A DNA stretch of 64,000 bases, from the NCBI GenBank assembly GCA_963664815.2, contig CAXXHB010000003.1, forward strand, positions 2,752,001 to 2,816,000, read 5' to 3'. Below the pieces are notes generated by a model. It had not been told where the DNA came from, made no database searches, and was given only the letters and a program-made list of their open reading frames with translations. A program made the translations under genes and the position numbers. This document shows, in pieces, positions 27,629 to 37,719 of the stretch (position 1 is its first letter; each line of letters opens with the position of its first letter). The stretch is from Spirochaetota bacterium. Its GTDB lineage: Bacteria; Spirochaetota; UBA4802; UBA5550.

Positions 27629-29995
27629 TTAATCCATACTTAGTATTTCATGGATAAGCCCTTCACTCATCTTTTCCAGTTCCAGTATATCAGCTGTCAC
27701 CTCTTCAAGGCTTCTAAGCGGCTTATGCCTGTAAAAATACTTGTTAAAGCTGATCTCATAGCCAATCTTTGTGGCATCAAGATTTATCCATGCCTCTGCC
27801 ACATGGGGTTTTACTTCCCGCAGAAAGTATTCATAAATGTTTTCTTTCAAGGGTACATTCTCTGTATCACGCAGGTCACTTTCAGTTTCATACTCAAGGT
27901 GTTCATCTTTAACTGAAGCGGGGTAATAACCGTAATCGGGCAACTCATCCTCTTTACAATCCAGGTGAGACAACAATTTATCCAGTTTATCACCGGTCAG
28001 TTTAACTTTACTCTTTACAACTATTTCAGCATCTGCATCGTACCAGCTTACAGCATTGAGTATTATGTTCTTCTCTGAAGCGGATAGTTTTGATTCAACA
28101 GCTTTTAAAGCTTCATCAACTTTATCTTTAAAAATATTAAAGTCGCTGTATTCATCTTTCCCTATCTTTTTCATAAGTGCAGTTGCAGTGTTCATCAAAT
28201 CAAGCTGCTTCTGCCATGTGGCAGGGCTGGTCAGGGTTTTGCTCTGCTTGGAATTAAGGTTAAGTTCATTTTTTTCGCACCAGTCAAGGATCTCTTTTTC
28301 GTGTTTATTAAGTTTGTTATAGACTTCATCACCAAAATTTTCATACGCCCATACCATGGGCTCACGAAGTGATTTATCAAAGCGGAGTTCCGCCATACGC
28401 TCTTTTGTAAACTGCGCTTTAAGCCTTTTGGGGCGTTCAATGGTTACTTTGTAATAACCAAAATCTGTATTATCAAAAATCTTTGAGGCAATACCCTCTT
28501 CGTCTATAGTATCTGGATTGATTTTCTTCTCAATATCCTTCATCTCTTTGTATACTGATACTATCTCACGGATATGTTCAGGAGCAAACTCACAATTCTT
28601 ATTGCCTAGGTTTTTGCGGAGTTTGCGGTACATCAGTCCTGCATCAATTAACTGCACCTTCCCTTTTCTGTTCTGTGCTTTTTTGTTAGTTACAATCCAG
28701 ATGTATGTGGTAATTCCTGTATTGTAAAACAGGTTGTTCGGCATTTGGATAATTGCATCGAGCCAGTCATTTTCTATGATATATCTTCGGATATTACTTT
28801 CACCGCCACCGGCATCTCCAGTAAACAGGCTACTGCCGTTATGGACAGAAGCAATCCTTGACCCGGAAGGATTCTGCGACAGCGGTTTCATCTTGTTAAC
28901 CATCTCCATAAGGAAAAGAAGCTGTCCATCAGAAGAACGAGGTGTGGCTTCCGCATCCTCCTCTACACCCCTGAAATCTTTAAGTTTTATCTTAAAACGG
29001 GGATCAATAATGTCTTTACCATCTTTGATATACTTTAAATCGCCTGCCCAGGATTTCCCGTATGGCGGGTTGGATAGCATAAAGTCAAAGGTCTTACCTG
29101 CAAATTCATCAGTTGCAAGTGTTGAACCAACCTTAATATTTTCCGGGTTATTACCCTTGATCATCATGTCAGACTTGCAGATAGCATAGGTCTCGTCGTT
29201 TATCTCTTTTCCAAAGAGGTAAACGTCACCCTTCGCGCGTATCTGGCCATCTTCGTCTTTAATAAAATTCTGAGATTCGGTAAGCATACCGCCGCTTCCG
29301 CAGGCCGGATCGTATATGGTAATAACAGGAGGAAGTTTTTTCTGTACAGGTTCAAAAATTATATGCGTCATTAGGTCAATTACTTCACGTGGGGTAAAGT
29401 GTTCACCTGCCTCCTCATTGTTCTCTTCATTGAATTTGCGGATTAGTTCTTCAAATACATATCCCATTCCAAGATTGGTCAGTGGCGGGAGTTTTCTTCC
29501 ATCCGGATCGTTCTTTTCAAATGGTGTGAGGTTAATATTAGGCGATGTGAATTTTTCAAGCACATTCAGCAGAACATCTTTCGACGCCATGTGCTGTACC
29601 TGGCTTTTAAGTTTAAACTTTTCAACAATCTCTTTAACGTTGCTGCTGAAACCGTTCAGGTAATCTACAAAATTTGCCTGCAGTATCTGCTGGTTGTTTG
29701 TAGCAGTGTCATGAAGACGCTGCAGAGTCCATTCACTGATATTGTAAAATACATAACCTGAAGCCTGTCTAAGTCCATTATCATCAAGTTCAATGAATTT
29801 AGCTTCATTCCTCTGAAAAGAAACCTCTTCCATTACGGCTTTTTTGGTCGGTTCAAGAAGGGCATCAAGTCTGCGGAGAACCACCATCGGAAGTATTACA
29901 TCACGGTATTTTCCCCTCACATATACATCACGAAGGCAGTCATCTGCAATAGACCAGATAAAAGATACGATTTTGTTATGTACGGCTATATTCAT
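27629..29995 (-). CDS. hsdM: Type I RM methyltransferase
   Basis: GEHFTPREV, YDPACGSGGML, NPPY motifs. Confidence 0.96.
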   Translation of the reverse strand: MNIAVHNKIVSFIWSIADDCLRDVYVRGKYRDVILPMVVLRRLDALLEPTKKAVMEEVSFQRNEAKFIELDDNGLRQASGYVFYNISEWTLQRLHDTATNNQQILQANFVDYLNGFSSNVKEIVEKFKLKSQVQHMASKDVLLNVLEKFTSPNINLTPFEKNDPDGRKLPPLTNLGMGYVFEELIRKFNEENNEEAGEHFTPREVIDLMTHIIFEPVQKKLPPVITIYDPACGSGGMLTESQNFIKDEDGQIRAKGDVYLFGKEINDETYAICKSDMMIKGNNPENIKVGSTLATDEFAGKTFDFMLSNPPYGKSWAGDLKYIKDGKDIIDPRFKIKLKDFRGVEEDAEATPRSSDGQLLFLMEMVNKMKPLSQNPSGSRIASVHNGSSLFTGDAGGGESNIRRYIIENDWLDAIIQMPNNLFYNTGITTYIWIVTNKKAQNRKGKVQLIDAGLMYRKLRKNLGNKNCEFAPEHIREIVSVYKEMKDIEKKINPDTIDEEGIASKIFDNTDFGYYKVTIERPKRLKAQFTKERMAELRFDKSLREPMVWAYENFGDEVYNKLNKHEKEILDWCEKNELNLNSKQSKTLTSPATWQKQLDLMNTATALMKKIGKDEYSDFNIFKDKVDEALKAVESKLSASEKNIILNAVSWYDADAEIVVKSKVKLTGDKLDKLLSHLDCKEDELPDYGYYPASVKDEHLEYETESDLRDTENVPLKENIYEYFLREVKPHVAEAWINLDATKIGYEISFNKYFYRHKPLRSLEEVTADILELEKMSEGLIHEILSMD

Positions 29996-30480
29996 TGTTG
30001 CTCCATAATTATTCTGTTTTTAGCATTGTAAGATTATTATCTTTCTCCCCAATTACGGCAATTGGAACTACCCTTTAGTTAAACTGTTTAATTTTATATA
30101 TTAATTTGAAACAATATCGTAATTTAAATTACAAGCATAAAACCCAGAATAATTATATTAAATTTAAGACTTACTAAAAAATTTCTCTCTCTCTGTATAA
30201 TAATAGGCTGACAGGTCTTTTGTAATGGGCTTAACCCCTTATACCACATAAAAAATTAACCATCCCGTGCAGCTTCTCCGGTTCATCATTGTAAAGAATA
30301 TTTAAAATCCTCCATTTTTATAATAACAGTCATTAACAGAAAATCACTTTATGACTTATATATGCATTATACAATAACCACCACGACAGAGAGTGGACTA
30401 TACATTTATATAGTTAAAAAACTGAACACAACTGCAGGATTAAAAGATTTTCAGGATTTGTTTCGGCTCTTCATCTATTA

Positions 30481-30633
30481 CAGCCATTTATACTTACCTT
30501 CCCCAGCAACTCCCTCTTTGAGGTGAAACGGTGGGTATTGTCATGGGGGCGGGACGCAAAGGTGCTGGCGCCGCCTGAACTGATTGCCGAAATTAAAGAC
30601 GATATAGCCGTTATGATGGATATTTATACATAA
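30481..30633 (+). pseudogene. 3' remnant (WCX region) of a WYL-domain regulator
   Basis: QPFILTFPSNSLFEVKRWVLSWGRDAKVLAPPELIAEIKDDIAVMMDIYT*; no start codon and no HTH/WYL part. Confidence 0.75.
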
Positions 30634-30732
30634 TCTGAACAATCGCCTCATACTCCATCCGGAGATACAGACATCGAAGTTTATACACAAATCATGCCAA
30701 AAACAGCAACACCACGGGGAGTCCCTGCCCGC

Positions 30733-30786
30733 TTATCCGCTGTTTATCTGCCATTTATCCGCCATGTATACGCCATCTATCCGGCG
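30733..30786. repeat. Five imperfect 11-bp direct repeats (consensus TTATCCGCCAT)
   Basis: Units at 30733, 30744, 30755, 30766, 30777. Confidence 0.7.
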
Positions 30787-30809
30787 AAGTGACACTGAAA
30801 AAATTTTCA

Positions 30810-30927
30810 CTTTTTTTAAATCTTCAATCATCTCTGCGGGTGAACCGTGCCTTCCGATAATGCGTTTAATATCTGAGATTTATTTTGCAATAAGCTCTAG
30901 CTTTGCCGCATCAGATTTATTAAACAT
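30810..30927 (-). pseudogene. HepT/DUF86-like toxin 5' remnant
   Basis: ATG overlaps the MNT end: MFNKSDAAKLELIAK*ISDIKRIIGRHGS...IEDL; nonsense codon, then truncation. Confidence 0.5.
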
Positions 30928-31228
30928 ATACAACTTCCGGCAGAATATATTTATATCCTATCTCGTTAAGGGCATTTTTGTTGGCCAGGTCAACTTTATA
31001 ATTAAGTTCTTTCCGTATATCTCTTTCAATATTATCAAGAACCGGATATATTTCAAATCCCGGATACCTGTTATAAAATTCCGGTTTAAGTTCATATAAA
31101 ATATCTATATCGCTGTCATCCCTGTAATCGCCTCTTGCAAATGATCCGAAAACACCAAGAATGATAAAACCCTCATGTTTATATTTTTCTTTAAGGAGCC
31201 TGATTTTTTCAATAACCTGATTATCCAT
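30920..31228 (-). CDS. MntA-like nucleotidyltransferase antitoxin
   Basis: GVFGSFARGD...SDIDILYE...KVDL. Confidence 0.88.
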   Translation of the reverse strand: MDNQVIEKIRLLKEKYKHEGFIILGVFGSFARGDYRDDSDIDILYELKPEFYNRYPGFEIYPVLDNIERDIRKELNYKVDLANKNALNEIGYKYILPEVVYV

Positions 31229-31563
31229 AGCATAATCCTTTTGTACTGCTTTTTTAATTATTACTTACAAAACCGGCTCCATTTCAAGTATATATAATAT
31301 CCATTCCCCACTCGGGATTCTTCAGACAGCGTCCGGAGATTTCCCGGATAGTAAATATAAAACTGACGGTAAAGGTTCGGGTTTATGTATGAAAGCCCTT
31401 CATTTATATCCCCCGGGATTTTCTGATCATGTATGGTATCATGTATGGCATCATGTACGGTGAAAATGAAGAGTCTCCATATTCTCCCGGGCTGCCGCTC
31501 TCTGCCACTCAGTTCTTTAAAATATTAGAGGAGGTTTTTTTACCTTAAACCGGTTCATGCCAG

Positions 31564-31625
31564 CTACCCTCTCCCGGACTTCGGCCGGGAGAGGGTGCTC
31601 CAGCGTCAGCGCAGAGCGGGTGAGG
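31564..31625. repeat. Half copy of the 152-bp palindromic cassette
   Basis: CCCTCTCCCGG-ACTTCGG-CCGGGAGAGGGTGCTCCAGCGTCAGCG...GCGGGTGAGG. Confidence 0.85.
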
Positions 31626-31815
31626 AGCCTTTAATCTATTAAAGGATTAACAGGATTTCCTGCAAACAGAGGTTACCCTGCACGAACATACTTACGTTGT
31701 GCATCAGACAATTTATATGCAATACCACAACAGATTTAAGACAAAATCCCGACTCTCTTTACAGAAAAGTCAGTATCGCCTACATTTCGCTTCAATTACG
31801 CCTCAAACACGCTAC

Positions 31816-32361
31816 CTACAGTTTTAAACGTGCGTTTTTCTCTGTCGATAACGGAGTTGAAACGGTATTGAAACGGTTTTCAACAGGGTTTACATACTGC
31901 TTAAATCCCGCTTTAACAGATGCACATCTGTCTTTTACCGCATTAAAATTACTCTGTCCACCTGCTGATCTGCTGTTTGCTGAATAGTAACAGTTATATT
32001 CTGAAATTTCACCGGAGGGTGATACAACAACTGCATCCCCAGTTCCGCCGCCTCCCGATGGAATTACAGGTGAACCTGGAGCAATACCGCGGAGGTATTC
32101 AGACATAAAAAGGTTGTACCCCGACTTTCTCTTCCTCTTTGCCCTGTTTCTGTAGAGAGCCTTCTCCTCTTCCGGAAGAACCTGCCAGGCCTTTACGCCG
32201 CCGCCGAAATTACCCCTGCACTTCACCTGCGGTTCAGTACGCGGATTGGAGGGAATTGTGCGTGCTTTAATGTAGATTTTACCGTAACGACGATAAAAAA
32301 CAAGACCATCCATACCGCCATGCGCAGTCCTTAAATAAGGGTGAAGCTTAACCTTTGCCAT
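31816..32361 (-). CDS. Basic hypothetical protein (DUF6266-like, HMG-box-like motifs)
   Basis: PSNPRTEPQ...R..F, then WQVLPEEEKALY...AKRKRKSGYNLFMSEY; AGGAG RBS upstream. Confidence 0.6.
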   Translation of the reverse strand: MAKVKLHPYLRTAHGGMDGLVFYRRYGKIYIKARTIPSNPRTEPQVKCRGNFGGGVKAWQVLPEEEKALYRNRAKRKRKSGYNLFMSEYLRGIAPGSPVIPSGGGGTGDAVVVSPSGEISEYNCYYSANSRSAGGQSNFNAVKDRCASVKAGFKQYVNPVENRFNTVSTPLSTEKNARLKL

Positions 32362-32625
32362 AGATATACACTCCTTTATTGCTGTTATATTTTATCGTTA
32401 TTTATATAGAAACTTATGTCTCTAATAACCAGTGCGGAAAAACAAATGACATGGGGCAAGCAGAATTTTTAAAAATTTTTATATGTTAAAATATGTTTTG
32501 TTTTGCCCCTTCTGGGCGCCCGAGCGTAGCGACAAAGTACCCTTGGGGTAGGTGCGGGGTCTGATGAGTCCAGGTTGCTGAAGGTATACTTATACAGACA
32601 GTTCTGCCTTGCCACCTCCGGGGTA

Positions 32626-34329
32626 GCATGTTGAATAATAAAAATTCAAAACAGGAAGTATGAATTTTCTATAAATTTTTATTATACTTTCTAATTATTC
32701 AAATATTTTACTTCGACTTCATATACATCGCATAAACCATCCACGACATCTTCTCACGCTACTGCAGATTGAATTCCAACCCATCCTATATCCGCTACTG
32801 CCTTCTGAAGTTTTTTCAGGTTATATGTAATGCCGGCCAGAATCGATATAGTATTACATTTCTTTCGTCCCCGCCAATTCAAACGGCTCAGACCATTGTT
32901 GAATTTCAAGTCAAAGAAATTGTGTTCTTTTCCAATACGCCTGTTATATTTATACTTCCATTCTTCGCTTTGCATTCGATCTCTATATTTGAACCAGAGT
33001 TCTTTGTTATCAACATAGGTTTTTGATACCGTAAAGACTCTGCTCTTATTTCTATCCTTATCTTTCCAGCATGATGAATAATGCTCACATCCTACACAAA
33101 AATTACGGCTCAATGTGAATTTGTACTTATTGTCAGATTTTTCTAATCTCCCCTTTTTCTTACGTTTACCTTTGCAGAAAAAATATACTCCATCTTCTTC
33201 TTGTTGTACATGATGTTCTCCCTTTATAAACCAGCTCTCTGTAAAATGTAATGGGGGTGCTATATATAAATCTTTACCTTCCTGAATTAATTCACTCATC
33301 TGTGTAATGTTGAAATAACCTTTGTCTAATAAATACTCACTTTCACATTTAACTGCATTGCTTTCTTTAGCAACTTCTACTTTTTCTACCATATCTGAAA
33401 GCAGGCTTATATCGCTTTCTTTAGATGTGGCCTCTATTGAAAGAAGTATGTCGTTGCTGCAAAATGCCGCCTGCACGTTATATCCCTGAATATAGCTTTC
33501 ATCCTTTTTAAGAAGCTTACTCTCACTATCGGTTAAGTTCACTTTTGTTTCAGGTGTGATTCTTTCCTCTTTGACCTCATCCTCATATGACTTTATTTTC
33601 ATCATGATCTGGTCATATTTATTTTTCTGCTTTTCTATCAGATCTTTCTCTTTATTTAATTCTTCTTCGCTTATTTCGTCCTTATCTTTTAACTCTGATA
33701 TGTATTTTGCTCTCGCTAAAAGTTTCGCGGATAGGTTCTCATAATGTTTTAGCTTCTTATCGAAACCTTCCTTGTCTCGTGTAAATTCTTTACTGGCATT
33801 ACTGCTTATCTTTGTACCGTCTATCATTATTCTGCGCCAGTCTATCAGATTTAATTCTTCAAGTATATATAATAAACGGGCAAAGATAACTGGAATCTGA
33901 TCTGGAAAATCGTTAAGAAAACGGCAAAGTGTCGAATAATCTATTGATCTGCCGCCGCTTAAAAATAAAAATCCGGGATGATTGCGATTAAGCATTCTCT
34001 CGATCTTTCTCATCGACTCTATCCCCTGGCTTAATCCATATAAAATTACTTTCAATTTTGCCGAGGGCTCTATCGCCTTTTGCCCTACCGTATCATTCTT
34101 ATATTTTTTATCAAATGGTTTTGTATCAACATATTCATCTATGAATCTATCAATTACCTTCTCTATTGAATTATCATCAAATATTTCTTCCGGATATATT
34201 GTTAAAAAATATCCTTGCCCCCTCTCTATAGGTTTATACTTTGCCATGTATAATCTCCATACCTTTGATATTTTCATCATGGTTTATAATTTCCTGCCTG
34301 TCAATTAATACTTTGATTAATCAACAGGC
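32626..34329 (-). mobile_element. IS1182-family insertion sequence
   Basis: Imperfect IRs GCATGTTGAATAAT / ATTAATCAACAGGC around the transposase. Confidence 0.75.
32754..34280 (-). CDS. IS1182-family transposase
   Basis: DUF772-like N-terminus (SMRKIE...DYSTLCRF), IDGTKI.SNAS, TDSES, GYNVQ, LDKGY, YNLKK. Confidence 0.9.
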   Translation of the reverse strand: MMKISKVWRLYMAKYKPIERGQGYFLTIYPEEIFDDNSIEKVIDRFIDEYVDTKPFDKKYKNDTVGQKAIEPSAKLKVILYGLSQGIESMRKIERMLNRNHPGFLFLSGGRSIDYSTLCRFLNDFPDQIPVIFARLLYILEELNLIDWRRIMIDGTKISSNASKEFTRDKEGFDKKLKHYENLSAKLLARAKYISELKDKDEISEEELNKEKDLIEKQKNKYDQIMMKIKSYEDEVKEERITPETKVNLTDSESKLLKKDESYIQGYNVQAAFCSNDILLSIEATSKESDISLLSDMVEKVEVAKESNAVKCESEYLLDKGYFNITQMSELIQEGKDLYIAPPLHFTESWFIKGEHHVQQEEDGVYFFCKGKRKKKGRLEKSDNKYKFTLSRNFCVGCEHYSSCWKDKDRNKSRVFTVSKTYVDNKELWFKYRDRMQSEEWKYKYNRRIGKEHNFFDLKFNNGLSRLNWRGRKKCNTISILAGITYNLKKLQKAVADIGWVGIQSAVA

Positions 34330-34452
34330 AAGGGGGTGCGGGGGCTGAGGAGTCCAGGCTGCTGAAAGTATACTGTTCTGCTTTGCTCCCTCCCAGGGTA
34401 GGTGCAGGGGCTTAGCCGCATCGTAGTACAGGTCGCGATAAGTCCCATCCCC

Positions 34453-35763
34453 CTATTGCTGTTTGAATGGAATATTATTCTCCCGGGCAAACCTCTCTGC
34501 AGAGGAACCGTTTTTTCCATATATGGTTAAACCTTTACAGCCCCAGAATACACCGTTTTCTATCTTCATAACAGTGTCAGGTATAGTTATTGAAGCAAGT
34601 CCCGTGCATCTTATAAATGCATTTTCACCTATATCTGTAATACCCGCAGGGAGGATTACGGAGGTTAAACCGTCACATCCGCAAAACGCGCTCTTCCCTA
34701 TACCTTTAATGCCGGCTGGAAAGGTTATGGATGTCAGCCCCTTACAGTCAATGAAGGCATTCTCCCCGATAGTTTTAACGCCGGGGTGAACTGTTAAACC
34801 CCCTTTTTTGCCCGGAGGGTAAATAAACAGAAAAGTTTTATCTTTTGAATACAATACGCCATCAACAGATGAATAATATGGATTTTCATTTACCACATTG
34901 ATTGAAGTTAAATCTCCGCAGCAGTAAAATGCCTGTTTATCTGCGTTTTTAAGGCTTACAGGAAGAGTTACAGATTTAAGTCCCGAATAGGCAAAGGCAC
35001 ATTCCCCGATAGCGGCAACGCCCTGCGGAATAATTATCGATGTTAATGCGTTGCAGCTCCAGAATGCCCGGTCTTCTATATTTGTAACGCTTTCAGGGAT
35101 AGTGACCGATGTCAAGCCTTTGCAGTTTTCAAATGCCTGCTCGCCAATAACTGTAACGCCGACAGGCAGAGTAACAGATTTCAATCCGCTGCATCCGCTG
35201 AAGAGGCACTTTGATATCTTTGTAATCCCCGGCTGAAGCATCACGGATGTTAAACCCTCACATCCGGAAAAGGCACACTCCCCTATCTTTTTAACGCTGC
35301 CGGGGATACTTATTGAGGTTAAACCTGTACATCCGCTGAATGTGCAGTCTCCGATAGTAATCAGGTCTGCGGGGATGGTTACTGATTTCAGTCCGGTACA
35401 TCCGCTGAAGGCAAACGCCCCGGTACGTTTAAGGTCTGAAGGGAGGGTTATCGATGTCAAACCTGTACATCCGCTGAAGGCGAACTCGCCGATATCTGTC
35501 AGTCCCGAAGGGAGAGTTACTGATTTCATATCAGTGTAGTTGTTAAAAACTTCACGCCCTATGCCTGTAACGGTATAGCCTTCAATCTTCGCGGGTATTA
35601 TCACATCATTTTCTATGCCTATATATTTTTCTATTATGACATTGCCGTCTTTAATGGTGTATTTAAAATCGTCGGAATCATCACCCCTTGCCGGGAGAGC
35701 TGCAGTTATGAAAACAGTTATAAAGAGAACAGTCCGGGATAATGCATTATAATTTCTTTTCAT
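34453..35763 (-). CDS. BspA-like leucine-rich-repeat (LRR_5) surface protein
   Basis: Signal peptide; many 23-aa IGECAFSGCTGLTSITLP repeats. Confidence 0.93.
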   Translation of the reverse strand: MKRNYNALSRTVLFITVFITAALPARGDDSDDFKYTIKDGNVIIEKYIGIENDVIIPAKIEGYTVTGIGREVFNNYTDMKSVTLPSGLTDIGEFAFSGCTGLTSITLPSDLKRTGAFAFSGCTGLKSVTIPADLITIGDCTFSGCTGLTSISIPGSVKKIGECAFSGCEGLTSVMLQPGITKISKCLFSGCSGLKSVTLPVGVTVIGEQAFENCKGLTSVTIPESVTNIEDRAFWSCNALTSIIIPQGVAAIGECAFAYSGLKSVTLPVSLKNADKQAFYCCGDLTSINVVNENPYYSSVDGVLYSKDKTFLFIYPPGKKGGLTVHPGVKTIGENAFIDCKGLTSITFPAGIKGIGKSAFCGCDGLTSVILPAGITDIGENAFIRCTGLASITIPDTVMKIENGVFWGCKGLTIYGKNGSSAERFARENNIPFKQQ

Positions 35764-35866
35764 GGTACACCATCCGTAAATTAATTAAGCATAAGGGTTT
35801 TCAATCTGTGAAACAAAGATATTTCACGATTAAGTCAGTATAAACAATGCCGCTGCGGTGAATTGC

Positions 35867-36679
35867 TTATTTATTCTTTCCCCCCTTTTTATCGGCGGAA
35901 TATACGTCCCCCTGTGGGCCTATTAAAAGATACTTGTCCGCTGTTTCCGCAGTCAAAAGCCTGTTTACCCCGCCATAGGCGCCATTTAATATTGTAATAA
36001 GCCTCTCCTCCCTGCCGGAGGTTGACTCGGCCCAAACATTTTCATATTCATCACTGTTGATGATTTCAATGTTTACAATCGGACCTTCAACTGTATAGAC
36101 ACCGGTAAAGTCTTTATTATCCGAAAAGGATTCACCCCTGTAATAGTTGTGCGAGGCAGAGGTATTATATTCAAATTTTTTATCAGATGCAAAATTTACA
36201 GTTTCAGCGAAATAATGTGAAGTCCCGCCGGAAATTTCATCACCCTCAGATTCCACCTTTGTGGCTTCATTCCTGTAGCTTACATTAAGCTGCAGCGGAG
36301 TCCCGGCAACAGCTCCCATCGGTACATTGTATATTGTTTCAGGCTCTTCATCAGTCAGAAATCCGCTGAAGCACCAACCTTCATAGTATTCGGAACCGTT
36401 CTGTTTATTTTTGCACTTTGCCCTTATCCATATACCGCTTTTCATACCGCTTTTCCCCGATATGGTTGCGCCGGTTTTACTCTCTTCAAGCACCTTGACC
36501 TTTGTGTGATATGGTATTACCGCTGTTACAGGTGAGGATTGACTTTTATCCTGATAAAACGTCAACCCTTCATATGCTGTTACATACCTGATTGAACTGA
36601 GACCGGCTGCGGCTGACTGTATTGAAAGCAATGCGGAAAGAATTAATACGGGGTAAAGGAATTTATATCCTGTCATCAC
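35867..36679 (-). CDS. Secreted SH3-like domain protein
   Basis: Signal peptide; YVTA..GL...IPY...V...W...GWCFSGFL. Confidence 0.75.
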   Translation of the reverse strand: MMTGYKFLYPVLILSALLSIQSAAAGLSSIRYVTAYEGLTFYQDKSQSSPVTAVIPYHTKVKVLEESKTGATISGKSGMKSGIWIRAKCKNKQNGSEYYEGWCFSGFLTDEEPETIYNVPMGAVAGTPLQLNVSYRNEATKVESEGDEISGGTSHYFAETVNFASDKKFEYNTSASHNYYRGESFSDNKDFTGVYTVEGPIVNIEIINSDEYENVWAESTSGREERLITILNGAYGGVNRLLTAETADKYLLIGPQGDVYSADKKGGKNK

Positions 36680-36861
36680 CAGCCTCCGGTTGATTTGTGC
36701 AGAAACAGAACTTTCAGGGAAACATACAAACTTTTACATTAAAAGAGCAAATGTCAATAAAAATATCACTCCCGACGGAAAAGTATGCCGTTGTAATAAA
36801 AAAATTCTTGTAAAACTGTTTTTTTCAGGTATATTATGCAGATAAAATCCGGGAGGAAAAA

Positions 36862-37542
36862 ATGCGTCATATAAAACTTTTTTTAATTATGGTTTCGCTG
36901 ATATCACTTACAGGCATTCAGCAGATAAGGGCTGCGGCAAATGACATTACCATATACAGCTCCACTTCATGCGACTGGACAAAAGAGATGATCGATTTTC
37001 TTAAAACCAGAAACATCCCGTATGTTTTCAAAGATCTGGATAATGAAAACAATCATAACGAGATGATGGAGGTGGTTGAAAGAGCTGCATATCAGTCAGA
37101 CTTCTCATATCCTGTAATGAATATAAAAGGGCAGATAGTCATGCGCCCTGCGCCTGATGATGTTATAAAAGCCCTGAACGGCCAGACAATTCATGGAGTT
37201 GAAAAACGGTTTTACAAAGATGAAAACTGGCGCATCAGTTATCCTAAATCGATGCTGTACAGCCTGAATGATGTTTATAACAGAATAAAACAGGGTGATG
37301 TGACTGTTTATGACAACAACAGCCCTAAAGGCAAAAAACTGATTAAAGCGCTGGAGGCTGAAAAAATTCCATATAAACTGGAAACCGTTAACCCTGCAGA
37401 TAAAGGCTTCAGAGCTGTTCTTGATAAAAACGGATTCGGCAGGAAAATTGTCATGCCCGTAGCAGACGTTAAGGGTATAATGATCATGGATGCGGAGAGA
37501 AATTCCGTAGTACTTATGCTTATTCAGCTGCTTGGCGATTAA
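36862..37542 (+). CDS. Secreted protein with two glutaredoxin-like domains
   Basis: ITIYSSTSCDWT...NIPY...YPV, repeated in degenerate form. Confidence 0.65.
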   Translation: MRHIKLFLIMVSLISLTGIQQIRAAANDITIYSSTSCDWTKEMIDFLKTRNIPYVFKDLDNENNHNEMMEVVERAAYQSDFSYPVMNIKGQIVMRPAPDDVIKALNGQTIHGVEKRFYKDENWRISYPKSMLYSLNDVYNRIKQGDVTVYDNNSPKGKKLIKALEAEKIPYKLETVNPADKGFRAVLDKNGFGRKIVMPVADVKGIMIMDAERNSVVLMLIQLLGD

Positions 37543-37564
37543 ACGGGATACTTGACAGATAATC

Positions 37565-37600
37565 CGATACTGATGCGAGAAATCGCATCAGTATCGAAAA
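37565..37600. terminator. Hairpin terminator between convergent genes
   Basis: Perfect 14-bp stem CGATACTGATGCGA-GAAA-TCGCATCAGTATCG. Confidence 0.75.
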
Positions 37601-37719
37601 CGAATCTTTTAAAGGGATTCTAAACTCATGAAACTGCTTTAAAAACACAGGGAAATTGTCCGCCCAATACACGCTTTGGTCAGTTCACTTGCACCATAAG
37701 CCCTCAGAATTCCCTGTAA

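Noticed and set aside
30505-30595. c-di-GMP-I riboswitch (GGGACGCAAAG...TTGCCGAA)
   Set aside because: Lacks the GGCAAA/GNRA stem; better explained as WYL C-terminal coding sequence
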